From Patescibacteria group bacterium (GTDB taxonomy: Bacteria > Patescibacteriota > Patescibacteriia > UBA9934), in contig JBAZWW010000001.1 in assembly GCA_041660165.1 (NCBI GenBank), forward strand, positions 169,035-233,034: a stretch of 64,000 nucleotides of DNA. The letters run 5' to 3'. Both the position numbers and the translations under genes were made by a program. Positions 28,763 through 38,463 of this stretch are shown in pieces; position 1 is the first letter of the stretch, and each line of letters opens with the position of its first letter. The notes under the pieces are model-generated. The model saw only the letters and a list, made by a program, of their open reading frames with translations, had not been told where the DNA came from and made no database searches.

Positions 28763-30385
28763 TTACGTCGTCACATTCCCCATGTCCCCCACCTCAGCGG
28801 GTCTCGCCGATTTCAAGAACTTACCCTGCAGGCCAGAAATAATACTACGCAGTTCCGGACTCTTCATGAAATAAGCTGAGAGCAAGTAGACGCCTCCGCC
28901 CAGGATGCTCGACAAAGAAAACTGGATAAAGACGTGGGCAAAGGTGTCGAGTTCGAACAGTTGCACTAAACCGTACTTCACGCCTTGAGTAACGAACGCA
29001 CACAAAATTCCAGCCAGAGAAAAAATGAACAGCGAGTAGGCAATTTTTCTTTCGTCGAGTCCGCCAAGTTTGCGGTGCAGTAACACCCAGAGAAAGGCGG
29101 TTTCGATCATTGAAGAAACCGAGAAACCGATCGCTAGGCCGAAAATTCCGTACGCATGTGAGAGCGGGAGGGCCAGGCCGGCGGTGAGTACGCAACCAAT
29201 GACCGCAAAGATGAAAGGCGTGGTTGAGTCCTCCATGGCGTAATACGCTCGAATCAAAATATACGTAGCGGACTGCGCAAAGAAACTGAGCGCAAAGATG
29301 GCGAGCGTATCCGCAATGATGGTGGTGCTCCCCCAATCAAGGCCTTCAGAACCGTAGACCACGCGCACAATTTGCGCTCGCAAAAGCAAAAAGAGAACGG
29401 TAGCAGGAATCATGAAAAACATAACCTGGCGCATGGTCAGCGAGAATGACGCGCGCATGCCGGCAATATCTTTCTCTGCCAGCCGTTCGCAAAAAGTGGG
29501 ATAGGCCGCAATCGCATACGACACCGCGATAATTCCGATCGGTACAAAATTGAGCGTGTAGGCGAGGGTTAAATTCGTGACAGAACCAGCCACGCCGAGC
29601 GTGGCGATCACGCTCATAATCAGAAACTCGGCTTGATTCACGGCCAGCCCCACCACGCGCGGAATGGTTTGCTTGGCCGTGACAAGGAGATCAGGATCCT
29701 TCAGTCTAATATACGGCTGATAGCGGTAGCCAATGGCAATTGCGCCAACCAGCTGAACGAGCATGTGAAGAGCAGAGCCGATGACCACGCCCCAGGCCAA
29801 GCCAATCGGCCCCATGACCGGCGTCAAAAACACCGCGCCAATAACAATGCCGGCGTTGTACACAATCGGCGCAAAGGCGGGCAGGAAAAATCGCTTCACG
29901 CCCTGGAGCACGGAACCAAAAACAATACTCGCCGCAAAGAATAATTGCCCCAAGAAAATAACGCGCGTCATGTTCACTAGCGCCGAAAGTTTATCGGCCG
30001 ACCAGGTTGGAGCAAGGAGAGGCGCAATCTGCGGAGCGAATAAAATAGCCACCGCCGATAGCACCGCAAACAAAACGATCACCACGTGAAGCACATTGTT
30101 CGTGTACTTCCAAGCCCTGGTCTTATCATCCGTTACCCACGCCTTAGTGAAGAGCGGGATAAAACTCGCCGACACCGCACCAACCACCAGCAATTGAAAA
30201 AACAAATCCGGCAAACGAAACGACTGATAGTAAATGTCCAAGGTACTCGAAAGATTAGGCGGAAAAACAGAGATGAGAATACGGTCGCGCAAAAGTCCCG
30301 CAAAGCGGGACAGGAGGGACATTGCGCCAACAATGAAGGCCGCGGACGCTACCGTGGTTGAGGACTGGAAAAGCCTGCGGATCAT
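28763..30385 (-). CDS. murJ: lipid II flippase MurJ
   Basis: The N-terminus (ASAAFIVGAMSLLSRFAGLLRDRILISVF) matches the MurJ/MviN signature; about 14 TM helices. Confidence 0.85.
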   Translation of the reverse strand: MIRRLFQSSTTVASAAFIVGAMSLLSRFAGLLRDRILISVFPPNLSSTLDIYYQSFRLPDLFFQLLVVGAVSASFIPLFTKAWVTDDKTRAWKYTNNVLHVVIVLFAVLSAVAILFAPQIAPLLAPTWSADKLSALVNMTRVIFLGQLFFAASIVFGSVLQGVKRFFLPAFAPIVYNAGIVIGAVFLTPVMGPIGLAWGVVIGSALHMLVQLVGAIAIGYRYQPYIRLKDPDLLVTAKQTIPRVVGLAVNQAEFLIMSVIATLGVAGSVTNLTLAYTLNFVPIGIIAVSYAIAAYPTFCERLAEKDIAGMRASFSLTMRQVMFFMIPATVLFLLLRAQIVRVVYGSEGLDWGSTTIIADTLAIFALSFFAQSATYILIRAYYAMEDSTTPFIFAVIGCVLTAGLALPLSHAYGIFGLAIGFSVSSMIETAFLWVLLHRKLGGLDERKIAYSLFIFSLAGILCAFVTQGVKYGLVQLFELDTFAHVFIQFSLSSILGGGVYLLSAYFMKSPELRSIISGLQGKFLKSARPAEVGDMGNVTT

Positions 30386-31620
30386 ACCCGTTCACGTCTG
30401 AGGCGGTAGAGGAAAAGAATCAAAGCGATGAGAATAAGAATGAGAAGCCCAATAGCCAAATCAACCAGCGGGTTCGACAAATGAAAGAATGAGATAGCAA
30501 TCAACTGCGTATCCGCGTACATCTTGCCATCATCCGTAGCTACCGCCAGCGTCACCTTATAATCCCCGGCGCGCGGAAAAACGTGCGTTACCTTGCTATC
30601 AGTACTCGTCGAGCCGTCGCCAAAATCCCAGGCAAACGCGCCCGCCACCTCACCCTGCGGTTTTGCGTCAAACTCGTATGTCCGCCAATCAATCTGCCGG
30701 TAAGTAAAGCGAGCGTCTGGCGAAAGCTTGAGATCGCCCAGCGTAAGGAGCGTGGGCTCGACGGAGAGGCTCGCCTCACCCGCACCTACCGAAGAATCCG
30801 CAAGCAATCTTGGGTTGCCGTCTCCAGCTCCCCCATTATCGGGCGTACTGGTCTCAACCGGTTCCGCCCCGCCCATAGCATCCGTCACACCCGCAACAGC
30901 CGGAACGGGATTCACGGGAGCTAGAGGGGCTTTTGACACAGTGGGCGCAATCGCCACCGTCACCGGCGGAGGGTTAGTCGAGCGAGTGGGATCAAGCGGG
31001 AACGCATCGCTTCCGTCAGGGCTTCCGTCTCCGTCAGTGTCCGCGTTTGTGGGCGAGGTTCCATTCTTCACTTCAGTGGTATCAGGAATGCCGTCATTGT
31101 CATCATCGGCGTCGCACGCATTACCAAGCCCATCGTGATTGGTATCGAGTTGATCCGCATTGCTCACGTCCACGCAGTTATCAACGTCATCGGCAATGCC
31201 GTCACGATCACCGTCTACAAGCACAGTGAACATGGCGGTGGTCGCCACGTCATTATCCGCATTCACATCCGGAGGCTGGGCGCCCTGAATGACCGCGCGA
31301 ATGTTAAATGACGCCTGAGGAACCGTGAAATCAACATACACGTCATCCCCATTACTACCGGCCACCACGGATACTACTTGAGATGTGCCAACCAGCCTGT
31401 CGCCCTGATAAAAGAAAACCTGTGCGGTGTCATCTACCTCGCCCATATTCTTTATGGTGGCGTAGATGCGAATGGTATCTCCGGCGTAAAGAACCGTTTT
31501 TGAAAGATGGATACTGCTGGCGCTGATGGACAGGTCAGGCGAAGCGGCAAACAAGGCAATTGGCGAAATGGCGAGACCAAGCACGGCGGACGCCACCGCG
31601 GAAATCATCATTGAGCGCAT
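30382..31620 (-). CDS. cell-surface protein with PKD domain and thrombospondin type-3 (Ca-binding) repeats, C-terminal TM anchor
   Basis: WDFGDGSTS (PKD), DTDGDGSPDGSD/DDDNDGIPD (TSP3-like) and a C-terminal hydrophobic helix. Start moved to the internal Met (MRSMMISAV signal peptide) to remove a 137-nt overlap with the upstream GT2. Confidence 0.55.
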   Translation of the reverse strand: MRSMMISAVASAVLGLAISPIALFAASPDLSISASSIHLSKTVLYAGDTIRIYATIKNMGEVDDTAQVFFYQGDRLVGTSQVVSVVAGSNGDDVYVDFTVPQASFNIRAVIQGAQPPDVNADNDVATTAMFTVLVDGDRDGIADDVDNCVDVSNADQLDTNHDGLGNACDADDDNDGIPDTTEVKNGTSPTNADTDGDGSPDGSDAFPLDPTRSTNPPPVTVAIAPTVSKAPLAPVNPVPAVAGVTDAMGGAEPVETSTPDNGGAGDGNPRLLADSSVGAGEASLSVEPTLLTLGDLKLSPDARFTYRQIDWRTYEFDAKPQGEVAGAFAWDFGDGSTSTDSKVTHVFPRAGDYKVTLAVATDDGKMYADTQLIAISFFHLSNPLVDLAIGLLILILIALILFLYRLRRERV

Positions 31621-31633
31621 ATAGACTATTGTA

Positions 31634-32359
31634 CTACGCCTTACCTTCGGCTTTGGCAGTGTAACCAAATTCGTACTTAAACCAGTTGTGCCTGATGGGA
31701 CCAAGGAATAAGATGTGCAATTCCGCCAACATATACTTAAAAACTGTAGTGAGCTCCCCGTCCCGTGCAAGCCGTCTGTTCGTCACAATAATTTTCACGC
31801 CATTGATGACGCCGAACTTCATCACTCTATTAGCCCGCTTCCCATAATCATTGTCCTCGCAAAAAAGAACCGTTGGGTCAAAACCCTTCACCGCTTCATG
31901 CACCCATCGGCGCACAAGAATGCATCCGCCCATAGCGTGCGAATTTTTCCCGCCCCAAAATCTGACATACGCGTTGTACACCTGGTGGCCAAAGTGCTGA
32001 GCAGGTGATCCTTTGTCTAGCTCAAGATCAAACGTTGCTACCCCGAGTTGTCTTCGCTCAAAATCCGCAATCGCTATTTCGAAAAATTTCGGATCAGCAA
32101 GTACGATGTCCGCGTCAATGAAAAAAATAAAATCGCTCTTTGTAGCTTGCGCCCCGGCGTTTCTCCCCGGCCCCGGCAATCCGCCTTCAACTACTCGGAC
32201 TCCCCCAGCTTCAGCAATCCTGGTCGTGGCATCAGTTGATCCAGCATCGGCCAGCACGATCTCAATTGGTTGCACCGTCTGCTTTTTGATCGAGGCCAAA
32301 AGCCCCGGCAAAAAATCCTCTTCATCCTTAGCAGGAATCACTACAACAAATGAGGGCAT
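31634..32359 (-). CDS. glycosyltransferase family 2
   Basis: FVVVIPAKDEEDFLP...ADAGSTDAT...FIDADI. Confidence 0.75.
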   Translation of the reverse strand: MPSFVVVIPAKDEEDFLPGLLASIKKQTVQPIEIVLADAGSTDATTRIAEAGGVRVVEGGLPGPGRNAGAQATKSDFIFFIDADIVLADPKFFEIAIADFERRQLGVATFDLELDKGSPAQHFGHQVYNAYVRFWGGKNSHAMGGCILVRRWVHEAVKGFDPTVLFCEDNDYGKRANRVMKFGVINGVKIIVTNRRLARDGELTTVFKYMLAELHILFLGPIRHNWFKYEFGYTAKAEGKA

Positions 32360-32412
32360 AGATAGCTATAGGATAGCAAAAACAAAAAACCGGCGCAATT
32401 GCCGGCTTTCTG

Positions 32413-32489
32413 TGGTGCGTCCAGCACGATTCGAACGTGCGGCCTCTTCCTTCGGAGGGAAGCGCTCTATCCATCTGAGCTATGAACGC
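32413..32489 (-). tRNA. tRNA-Arg (anticodon CCG)
   Basis: Hand-folded cloverleaf: acceptor GCGTTCA/TGGACGC, D-stem GCTC/GAGC, anticodon stem CTTCC/GGAAG with loop CTCCGAA, T-loop TTCGAAT, encoded CCA. Confidence 0.88.
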
Positions 32490-32905
32490 AAAATATACAT
32501 CGCAATACCAGAAGCGACTGAAACATTTAAGGACTGCTTCTTAGCCATCGGAATCGTTACCAGCCCGTCGAGTAGTCCGCGGGTGGCCTCGTCTATACCT
32601 TCTACCTCGTTGCCAAGGACCAGGGCGAGCTTGCCTGGTTCGATACGCTCGATAAGTTCTCCGCCCGTTTCCAAACCGAGCACACGATAGCCGTTTTGTT
32701 TCAAATCCGCAATGACATCATCAATATCGCCTACCTCCCAGTTGACGAGTTGCTCGGCCCCGAGTGCCACCTTAGCAATCTCTTTTCGCGGAGGCTTCTC
32801 AGTAAAGCCCGTCAGATAAAGCTTCTCAACACCAAACGCAGCGGCGTTGCGAAAAATCGAGCCAATGTTATGCAAACTGCGGATGTTATGGGCGATGACA
32901 ATCAT
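32480..32905 (-). CDS. SpoU/TrmH-family RNA 2'-O-methyltransferase
   Basis: IVIAHNIRSLHNIGSIFRNAAAFGV...LVLGNEVEGI...IPMAKKQSLNVSVA (SPOUT motifs). Confidence 0.75.
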   Translation of the reverse strand: MIVIAHNIRSLHNIGSIFRNAAAFGVEKLYLTGFTEKPPRKEIAKVALGAEQLVNWEVGDIDDVIADLKQNGYRVLGLETGGELIERIEPGKLALVLGNEVEGIDEATRGLLDGLVTIPMAKKQSLNVSVASGIAMYILRS

Positions 32906-32982
32906 AGGCAGACCAAAGTCTAACGAATTTCTTCACAACCCACAAATATTTGGTATATTTACCTTGGCCTAGGAGGGCCGCC

Positions 32983-33330
32983 ATGAATGGGTCACCACCG
33001 CCCGCCGACAGAGCGCAACTGCTCGCCGGCATGGACAGAGACATCGGCGCCGTAGCGTCCTTGGTCTGGAACAACCAGATCACTTGGGACACACTGATTG
33101 CGTTGCACGCCTCCGCACCACTCCCCGCAGGAAAGGGGTGGGCGCGGAAACAGCAAGAAGAGCGGTTGGCTCTGGCACTACGCAACCACCTGACCGAGCA
33201 GTTCGGCCAGGAAGCAACTTTTTCGAGCGTTGTCCTCGACACGCTCATCAATCACCTCTTCGACCGAGGACCCTTGATTGTGCTCGCGGAACTGAGAGCG
33301 GTCAGCGAGCCCAGCAAGATCCCGGCCTAG
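32983..33330 (+). CDS. hypothetical small protein
   Basis: GC-rich ORF in an otherwise gene-free gap. The opposite-strand ORF looks like low-complexity junk. Confidence 0.3.
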   Translation: MNGSPPPADRAQLLAGMDRDIGAVASLVWNNQITWDTLIALHASAPLPAGKGWARKQQEERLALALRNHLTEQFGQEATFSSVVLDTLINHLFDRGPLIVLAELRAVSEPSKIPA

Positions 33331-33441
33331 GATACAACCGTTGTTCTCCCGCCTCTCGTGTCCGCGGAGCCCCTCCCCGCGGACACTTCCCATTTAAATT
33401 GACGTTCGGCAGAATTTTCCGTATAGTTCGCCCAAATTTCT

Positions 33442-34656
33442 ATGCAATGCCCAAACCCTGAACGCTGTGGCTCCTGTGGCTGGTCCCACATCCCGTATGA
33501 AAAACAGCTCAAACAAAAGCTGTCAGACATAAACGGCTCTTTTGCCATCAAAAAACTTGATCTGCACGTGGATGAGATTTTGGCCTCGCCCATCACCCAC
33601 CACTACCGCAACCGCATGGATTTTGTAATTGACTGGCAGGGCAATGTTGGTCTGCGTGAAAAGGGCAAGTGGTGGAGCGTCATTGATAACCATCCGTGTT
33701 TCATTGCCGATCAGAAGATCGAGGACCATTTCTTCCTGGCTCGCCAGTGGGCCAAAACCTGCGGACTTTCTTTTTACGATCGCAAAGCAAACGTTGGCTT
33801 CTTGCGCTACGCGGTTATCCGCTCAACCTCGCTTGGTGAAACCATGGTCATTATTGTGACGAGTGCTCCAAAAGATGCTGATGAGGAAGCCAGCGCCAAG
33901 AAAGCGCTCGAGTCCCTCGCCGGAAGCTCGAAACCCACCACGCTCGTCTGGTCCATCAATCACACCATCAGCGACGTTTCTTTCGGCGACGAGCTGAGAG
34001 TAATTTCAGGTCCAGGCGTGATCGAGGAAACAATTGCCGGCTATCACTACAAGATTTCGCCCAACGCATTCTTCCAAACAAATCCGAAGGGCGCAGAAAT
34101 GTTGCTCGACACCGTGCGCGAATTTGCTACCACCACCCCCGGACCAGCATCAGACACAACCCTGCTCGATCTTTACTGCGGAACCGGCTTCTTTGCGGTT
34201 GCCCTCGCTCCATCCTTCAAACGAACAATCGGTGTTGAAATGGTGCCGGAAGCTATCAAAGACGCTCGCGTCAACGCTGAATTGAACGGGGCAACGGTCG
34301 AGTTCCACGATGCCAAAACTGAAGACTTCGACTGGAAATCCCTCGGCGCCGAAGTGGTAATTCTCGATCCTCCCCGTGGCGGAATGGTCGATAAGGCCCT
34401 CCAGGACGTCATCAAGGCGCGTCCGACAACAATCGTTTACGTCTCCTGCAACTACAAAAACTTTGCCCGCGAAATGGTCATTCTCCAGGCCTACTACTCC
34501 GTAGAAGCCATCAGGGCTATCGACATGTTCCCTCACACTCCCCACGTCGAGCTCGTCATAAAACTCGTCCGCCATCCCTCCGACCCCACCGCCCTCGACC
34601 CAGCGTCTGATACTGGCGAGCCGAGTGTCACGAAAAAGAAAGAGACGGCTGATTAA
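33442..34656 (+). CDS. RlmD/RumA-family 23S rRNA (uracil-C5)-methyltransferase
   Basis: N-terminal Cys cluster (CPNPERCGSCGW) and SAM-MTase motifs (LDLYCGTGFFAVALA, VILDPPRGG). Confidence 0.8.
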   Translation: MQCPNPERCGSCGWSHIPYEKQLKQKLSDINGSFAIKKLDLHVDEILASPITHHYRNRMDFVIDWQGNVGLREKGKWWSVIDNHPCFIADQKIEDHFFLARQWAKTCGLSFYDRKANVGFLRYAVIRSTSLGETMVIIVTSAPKDADEEASAKKALESLAGSSKPTTLVWSINHTISDVSFGDELRVISGPGVIEETIAGYHYKISPNAFFQTNPKGAEMLLDTVREFATTTPGPASDTTLLDLYCGTGFFAVALAPSFKRTIGVEMVPEAIKDARVNAELNGATVEFHDAKTEDFDWKSLGAEVVILDPPRGGMVDKALQDVIKARPTTIVYVSCNYKNFAREMVILQAYYSVEAIRAIDMFPHTPHVELVIKLVRHPSDPTALDPASDTGEPSVTKKKETAD

Positions 34657-34865
34657 GAACCCGTGCAAATAAAAAAAATTTCCGAAAAGCAAACAACCGG
34701 GCATAGGCCACGGTTGTGCGAAGTCCTCCGAAGAGGAACGTGGTGATGATTCGGTTGGGGATAGAACCCATATGCACTCGGCTTAAGCGCCTGATGCTCG
34801 AATCACCACCTGTTGCAGTTAAATGTGACCGCCTAGCACGGCCTTCAGGAAGCTGCGCGTTTTTC

Positions 34866-35305
34866 GGTTTTTTTTAATCCATCCCCCCAGCTAGGCCTTC
34901 GGTACGGGATGGTTTGCCTACTTTGTGGTCAATTACGACCACGTTCAGAGTTTCCTCGGTGGGCCCACCAAGTACGACTCTGTCACCAACAAATTCGTTC
35001 AGGCCGTTGGTGATTTTTTCCTTACCCCGGTTGTCACCCTCGAGCTCGGACACGCGTCAGGCACAGCCCGTCGCGCAATTGTAGCAGCGCTTCGATTATT
35101 GAGGGCCCCTTTACGGCTCCTCCTCGGCTCCGTTGACGACTCTTCGTCCGTTTGATGCTGGCGCGCTCAATTAGCCGCCATACCATCACCGGGCGTGACG
35201 TATGATCGATACCACCCATGATCTTGATGTCAGAGGGGCGATTCGACCATTTCAACTGACCGCTCAAACTCCGATAGCTTCGGGCAATCCCAGTACCATC
35301 GGACA
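34866..35305 (-). ncRNA. candidate structured noncoding RNA 1 (unidentified)
   Basis: Sigma70-like promoter on the minus strand (TTGACA, 17 nt, TATGCT at 35340-35312) inside the CCGGCTTGACAGAAGCCGG palindrome. No credible ORF or RBS; the 3' end is uncertain. Confidence 0.25.
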
Positions 35306-35410
35306 AAGAGTAGCATAGCAAAAATTCCGGCTTCTGTCAAGCCGGGGAAGCTGAAACGAGGCTATGACTAGCTATAAAGGAGCAATAGGCTATAAAGCCT
35401 AAAAACGAAT

Positions 35411-35896
35411 AATGACCGAGAAGCTTGCGCTACTCGGTCATTACGTTTTACGTGATTCGCACTGCGAGTACTCTATGGCTTTTGGCCAGAATGCTTCGCA
35501 GTCGAACTGTGAGATGTATGCGTCGGTCGCTTGACCGATACAGGCTGTGAAAGCCATACCCCCGTGAGGGCGCAATGCGGGGGCCTGTGGAACACCCCGG
35601 TTCGATTCGTTCACTCCCTAGTGTTTTCACATTCCCCCAAGCCATCTCAGCCGGGGATCCACAACACTTTGGAGCGAGTTCCCGATCACCCGAGCAGTCT
35701 TTTCGGTGCAGCGGTATCGGGCCCGCGCACCTATCCCTGTTTCGTGACGTGTTGTTGAGACACGTTTGTTACGCCGGGCAGTTCGCGCGACAATTGGCAT
35801 TTAACGTCTGTACCTGTCCGCAGAGCTTGTTACAGCTTGCTTCAGGACTGCCTAATGACAGACGGTCACGACATAGCTTTCGCTACTCCGAGACGA
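35411..35896 (-). ncRNA. candidate structured noncoding RNA 2 (unidentified)
   Basis: Minus-strand promoter (TTGACA, 17 nt, TAGATT at ~35930-35902) inside a second copy of the CCGGCTTGACAAAAGCCGG palindrome. Ends at the strong hairpin + U-run terminator AATGACCGAG...CTCGGTCATT at 35411-35450. Confidence 0.28.
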
Positions 35897-36023
35897 AAAG
35901 TAATCTACCAACAACTCCGGCTTTTGTCAAGCCGGAAAGGCCATAAATTGGCTAATATCCTTGACTTTATTAGAAAAGTCATATAGTCTTCCTAAGCGAG
36001 TTTCACGCTACCGGAGGACAAAA

Positions 36024-36710
36024 ATGATCAGTCTGACGTTCCTTTCCTTGAGTGCCCTGGCCGGCGGAGGCGGAATCAAGTGGGCGGATCTGGGCGATTC
36101 CTGCCTGGGCCCATCCCCCTTCACCCCGAACTCGGGCGCATGCTGTGAACCCATGCTCCGTGCGGACTTCATGTCTGCCCGTTGCGTGAATGTCCCTGCG
36201 CTCCTCTCGGACATTGAGGACAACGCGTTCATCCAGATGAACGTCGGGGGCAAGGTGCGAATCTACTGGGTGAAGGACGGCGAACGCCATCTCATCCCTG
36301 ACAAGAGCACCGCCGAGAGCTGGTTCTCGGACCGCGGGAACGAGCTGTGCGAGCAGGTCTACAGCGTCCCCGCCTTGCTCGGCGAAACCACTCCGGAAGG
36401 TAACCACGTCACGCTCCGGCCCGGCAGTGGGATCATCAAGATCTCGTCCGAAGCCAAGCTGTATGTGGTCGAAGAACCGTCAATCCTCCGACGGATCACC
36501 TACGCGCAGGCAGAGGACATCTACGGGCCGTCCTGGATCCTGTACGTCCGAACTGTGAACGACTTCACGTTCTTGGACTACTGCATCGGACCAGACCTCA
36601 TGGCCGGCGAGCCGTACGACTGGCAGACCGTGTCGGACGGCGCCATGCTCTCTGACGCCGTCGGAGTGCCGATCTGTCCGCGCGCTGACAGAAACGAATC
36701 GTTACCGTAG
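36024..36710 (+). CDS. hypothetical secreted cysteine-rich protein
   Basis: GGAGGA SD before the ATG, signal peptide MISLTFLSLSALAGGGG, and 10 Cys residues. Confidence 0.45.
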   Translation: MISLTFLSLSALAGGGGIKWADLGDSCLGPSPFTPNSGACCEPMLRADFMSARCVNVPALLSDIEDNAFIQMNVGGKVRIYWVKDGERHLIPDKSTAESWFSDRGNELCEQVYSVPALLGETTPEGNHVTLRPGSGIIKISSEAKLYVVEEPSILRRITYAQAEDIYGPSWILYVRTVNDFTFLDYCIGPDLMAGEPYDWQTVSDGAMLSDAVGVPICPRADRNESLP

Positions 36711-36736
36711 AACGGCCGCGCGCCGATCTTGCGAAT

Positions 36737-36770
36737 ATAAAACCCGAGACCTCCTGTCTCGGGTTTGCTG
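36737..36770. terminator. bidirectional intrinsic terminator
   Basis: AAACCCGAGAC-ctcct-GTCTCGGGTTT hairpin flanked by A/T runs, sitting between convergent genes. Confidence 0.6.
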
Positions 36771-36780
36771 TTTCTATAAA

Positions 36781-37641
36781 CTATTTCCCAAATCTTCTCT
36801 GTCTCGCCTGGAACGAACGCAACGCTCGCAGAAAATCAATTCGCCGAAAGGCCGGCCAATTCACGTCGAGAAAATAATACTCGCTGTACGCCGCCTGCCA
36901 AAGGAGGAAGCCGGAGAGACGAACCTCGCCGGACGTACGAATGATGAAATCGGGATCGGGGACATTGCAGGAATAAAGATTGGCCGAGAGTGACTCCTCG
37001 GTCAAACCATTAACCGCCTCGCCGAAAGACTTCCCTGACTGTTCAGCACTCGTCAGATACGCTTTGGCTGCATCCACGATCTCCTCGCGACCGCCGTACC
37101 CAAGAGCGAGCTGGACGAGCATGCCTTTTCTCTCGGCGGTAGTTGTTTCAAGTTCGGCAAGTGCTCGTTGTACTTCTTCGGGCATCTGCTCGGTCCGGCC
37201 AATCACCTTCACACGAATGTCGTGCTTCTTGAAATCCTCGTCCAACATCATGGCCTTGGCTTGCTCGACAATTATATCCATCAGCGCTTTCACCTCAGAC
37301 GGCTCGCGCGAAAAATTCTGCGTGCTGAAACCCCAGACAGTAACCACGGGAATCTTAAATTCGATACACCACGAAAAAAGCTGTTTCACTTTCTTCGCCC
37401 CGTATTTATGGCCCTCGACAATTGGCAGACCAAGAGACTTGGCGTATCGCCTGTTGCCGTCAAGAATTACGCCGAGATGCCGTGGCGCAGGACCAAGCAA
37501 CAATTTCTGTGCCAGCCGACGCTCGTACACCTCGTACAAGATTCTTTTAACAATTGCTTTGGGAATATTTTTCATAAATGCACCATAAACGCGAAAGGGT
37601 CGAGACATGGCTCGACCCCTACGCCAAACATCCTTACACAT
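36781..37641 (-). CDS. uppS: isoprenyl transferase (undecaprenyl diphosphate synthase)
   Basis: HLGVILDGNRRYAKSLG and IIRTSGEVRLSGFLLWQAAYSEYYF motifs. Confidence 0.85.
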   Translation of the reverse strand: MCKDVWRRGRAMSRPFRVYGAFMKNIPKAIVKRILYEVYERRLAQKLLLGPAPRHLGVILDGNRRYAKSLGLPIVEGHKYGAKKVKQLFSWCIEFKIPVVTVWGFSTQNFSREPSEVKALMDIIVEQAKAMMLDEDFKKHDIRVKVIGRTEQMPEEVQRALAELETTTAERKGMLVQLALGYGGREEIVDAAKAYLTSAEQSGKSFGEAVNGLTEESLSANLYSCNVPDPDFIIRTSGEVRLSGFLLWQAAYSEYYFLDVNWPAFRRIDFLRALRSFQARQRRFGK

Positions 37642-37647
37642 CGACTC

Positions 37648-38424
37648 TTACACCTTCAAGGCCTCTGGGCGCATGGCTGTCAGCTTGCGGTAAATGTATG
37701 CAAAGCCGAAGACATAAACCATCACAAAAGCACAGTATGCAACAATGCTGGCAATTCCGAGGAGAAGGAACAGGATGGTTCCAAGGATCGCCACAATCTT
37801 CGTGACGAACATAGCAACCGTTGCCAAGATCATCATCGCAACTCCCAAAGCCATGCCCAAGCCAACAACTGCCAGAAGGTACCAGAACATATTCATGCGG
37901 TTGCCTTCCGTCAAAGCCATGCTGGCTTTCATGGCATCAATTGGCGAGAGTTTCTTCTCAACAGCAACAAATGGCGCGTAGCCAAACATGAGGGCAGCAA
38001 TGATTCCTGGAACAACAAACAACACGGAGCCGATACCAACCACGATTGCAAGCAGGATCAAGATCGCCACCATGTATGCCACCTCCAGCCAGCTGGAAGT
38101 GAAAATAGCCTGGAGCGAAACTTCCTTCCCGTCAACCGCGTTCAACGAAAGGCGCACAATAGCAATCACGGCAATTCCCTCCCAAGCAAGGTTCAAAAGG
38201 AAAAAGACAAACTGGAAAATGGAACTGTGAATCGCCCCGCCAACGGCACTCAATAAACCACTGACAACGGCAATCCCAATAATGGCCAAAACATAGCTTA
38301 CCCAATACTTCTGCGTCACTTCCCAACCCTTATCAAGCACCTCTTTCACGGTAAACGCTTGCTTGGCACCTGCGGATGAATCCATAGTATGGGTTATGAT
38401 TATTGCCGGCATAGTATCATACAT
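37648..38424 (-). CDS. hypothetical polytopic membrane protein
   Basis: 6-7 TM helices; no motif recognised. Confidence 0.45.
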   Translation of the reverse strand: MYDTMPAIIITHTMDSSAGAKQAFTVKEVLDKGWEVTQKYWVSYVLAIIGIAVVSGLLSAVGGAIHSSIFQFVFFLLNLAWEGIAVIAIVRLSLNAVDGKEVSLQAIFTSSWLEVAYMVAILILLAIVVGIGSVLFVVPGIIAALMFGYAPFVAVEKKLSPIDAMKASMALTEGNRMNMFWYLLAVVGLGMALGVAMMILATVAMFVTKIVAILGTILFLLLGIASIVAYCAFVMVYVFGFAYIYRKLTAMRPEALKV

Positions 38425-38463
38425 TGACTAAAAGCCAAATGGCAGGCACACTTAACCCCTTCT

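Noticed and set aside
31634-31770. 137-nt overlap between the surface-protein gene and the upstream GT2 gene
   Set aside because: Resolved by using the internal Met that begins a signal peptide (MRSMMISAVASAVLGLA) at 31620.
32886-33251. Minus-strand 121-aa ORF opposite the small plus-strand gene
   Set aside because: The translation is Ser/Ala/Cys-rich and looks noncoding. The plus-strand frame has better codon structure and a plausible promoter.
34925-35946. ORF-track ORFs inside the noncoding island (34925..35155, 35034..35321, 35448..35645, 35531..35758, 35575..35946)
   Set aside because: Low-complexity, Arg/Ser/Pro-rich translations with no RBS and overlapping each other on both strands. 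They are more consistent with GC-rich noncoding sequence.
34660-35960. Assignment of the noncoding island to RNase P RNA, tmRNA, SRP RNA or 6S RNA
   Set aside because: Only fragmentary resemblances were found: AGAACCC...GGCTTA with an 11-nt insertion, GGGGCGATTCGACC without a matching 3' acceptor, and GTCAAGCCGGGGAAG vs the SRP GGUCCGGAAGGAAG. None gives a consistent fold by eye, so no identity is claimed.
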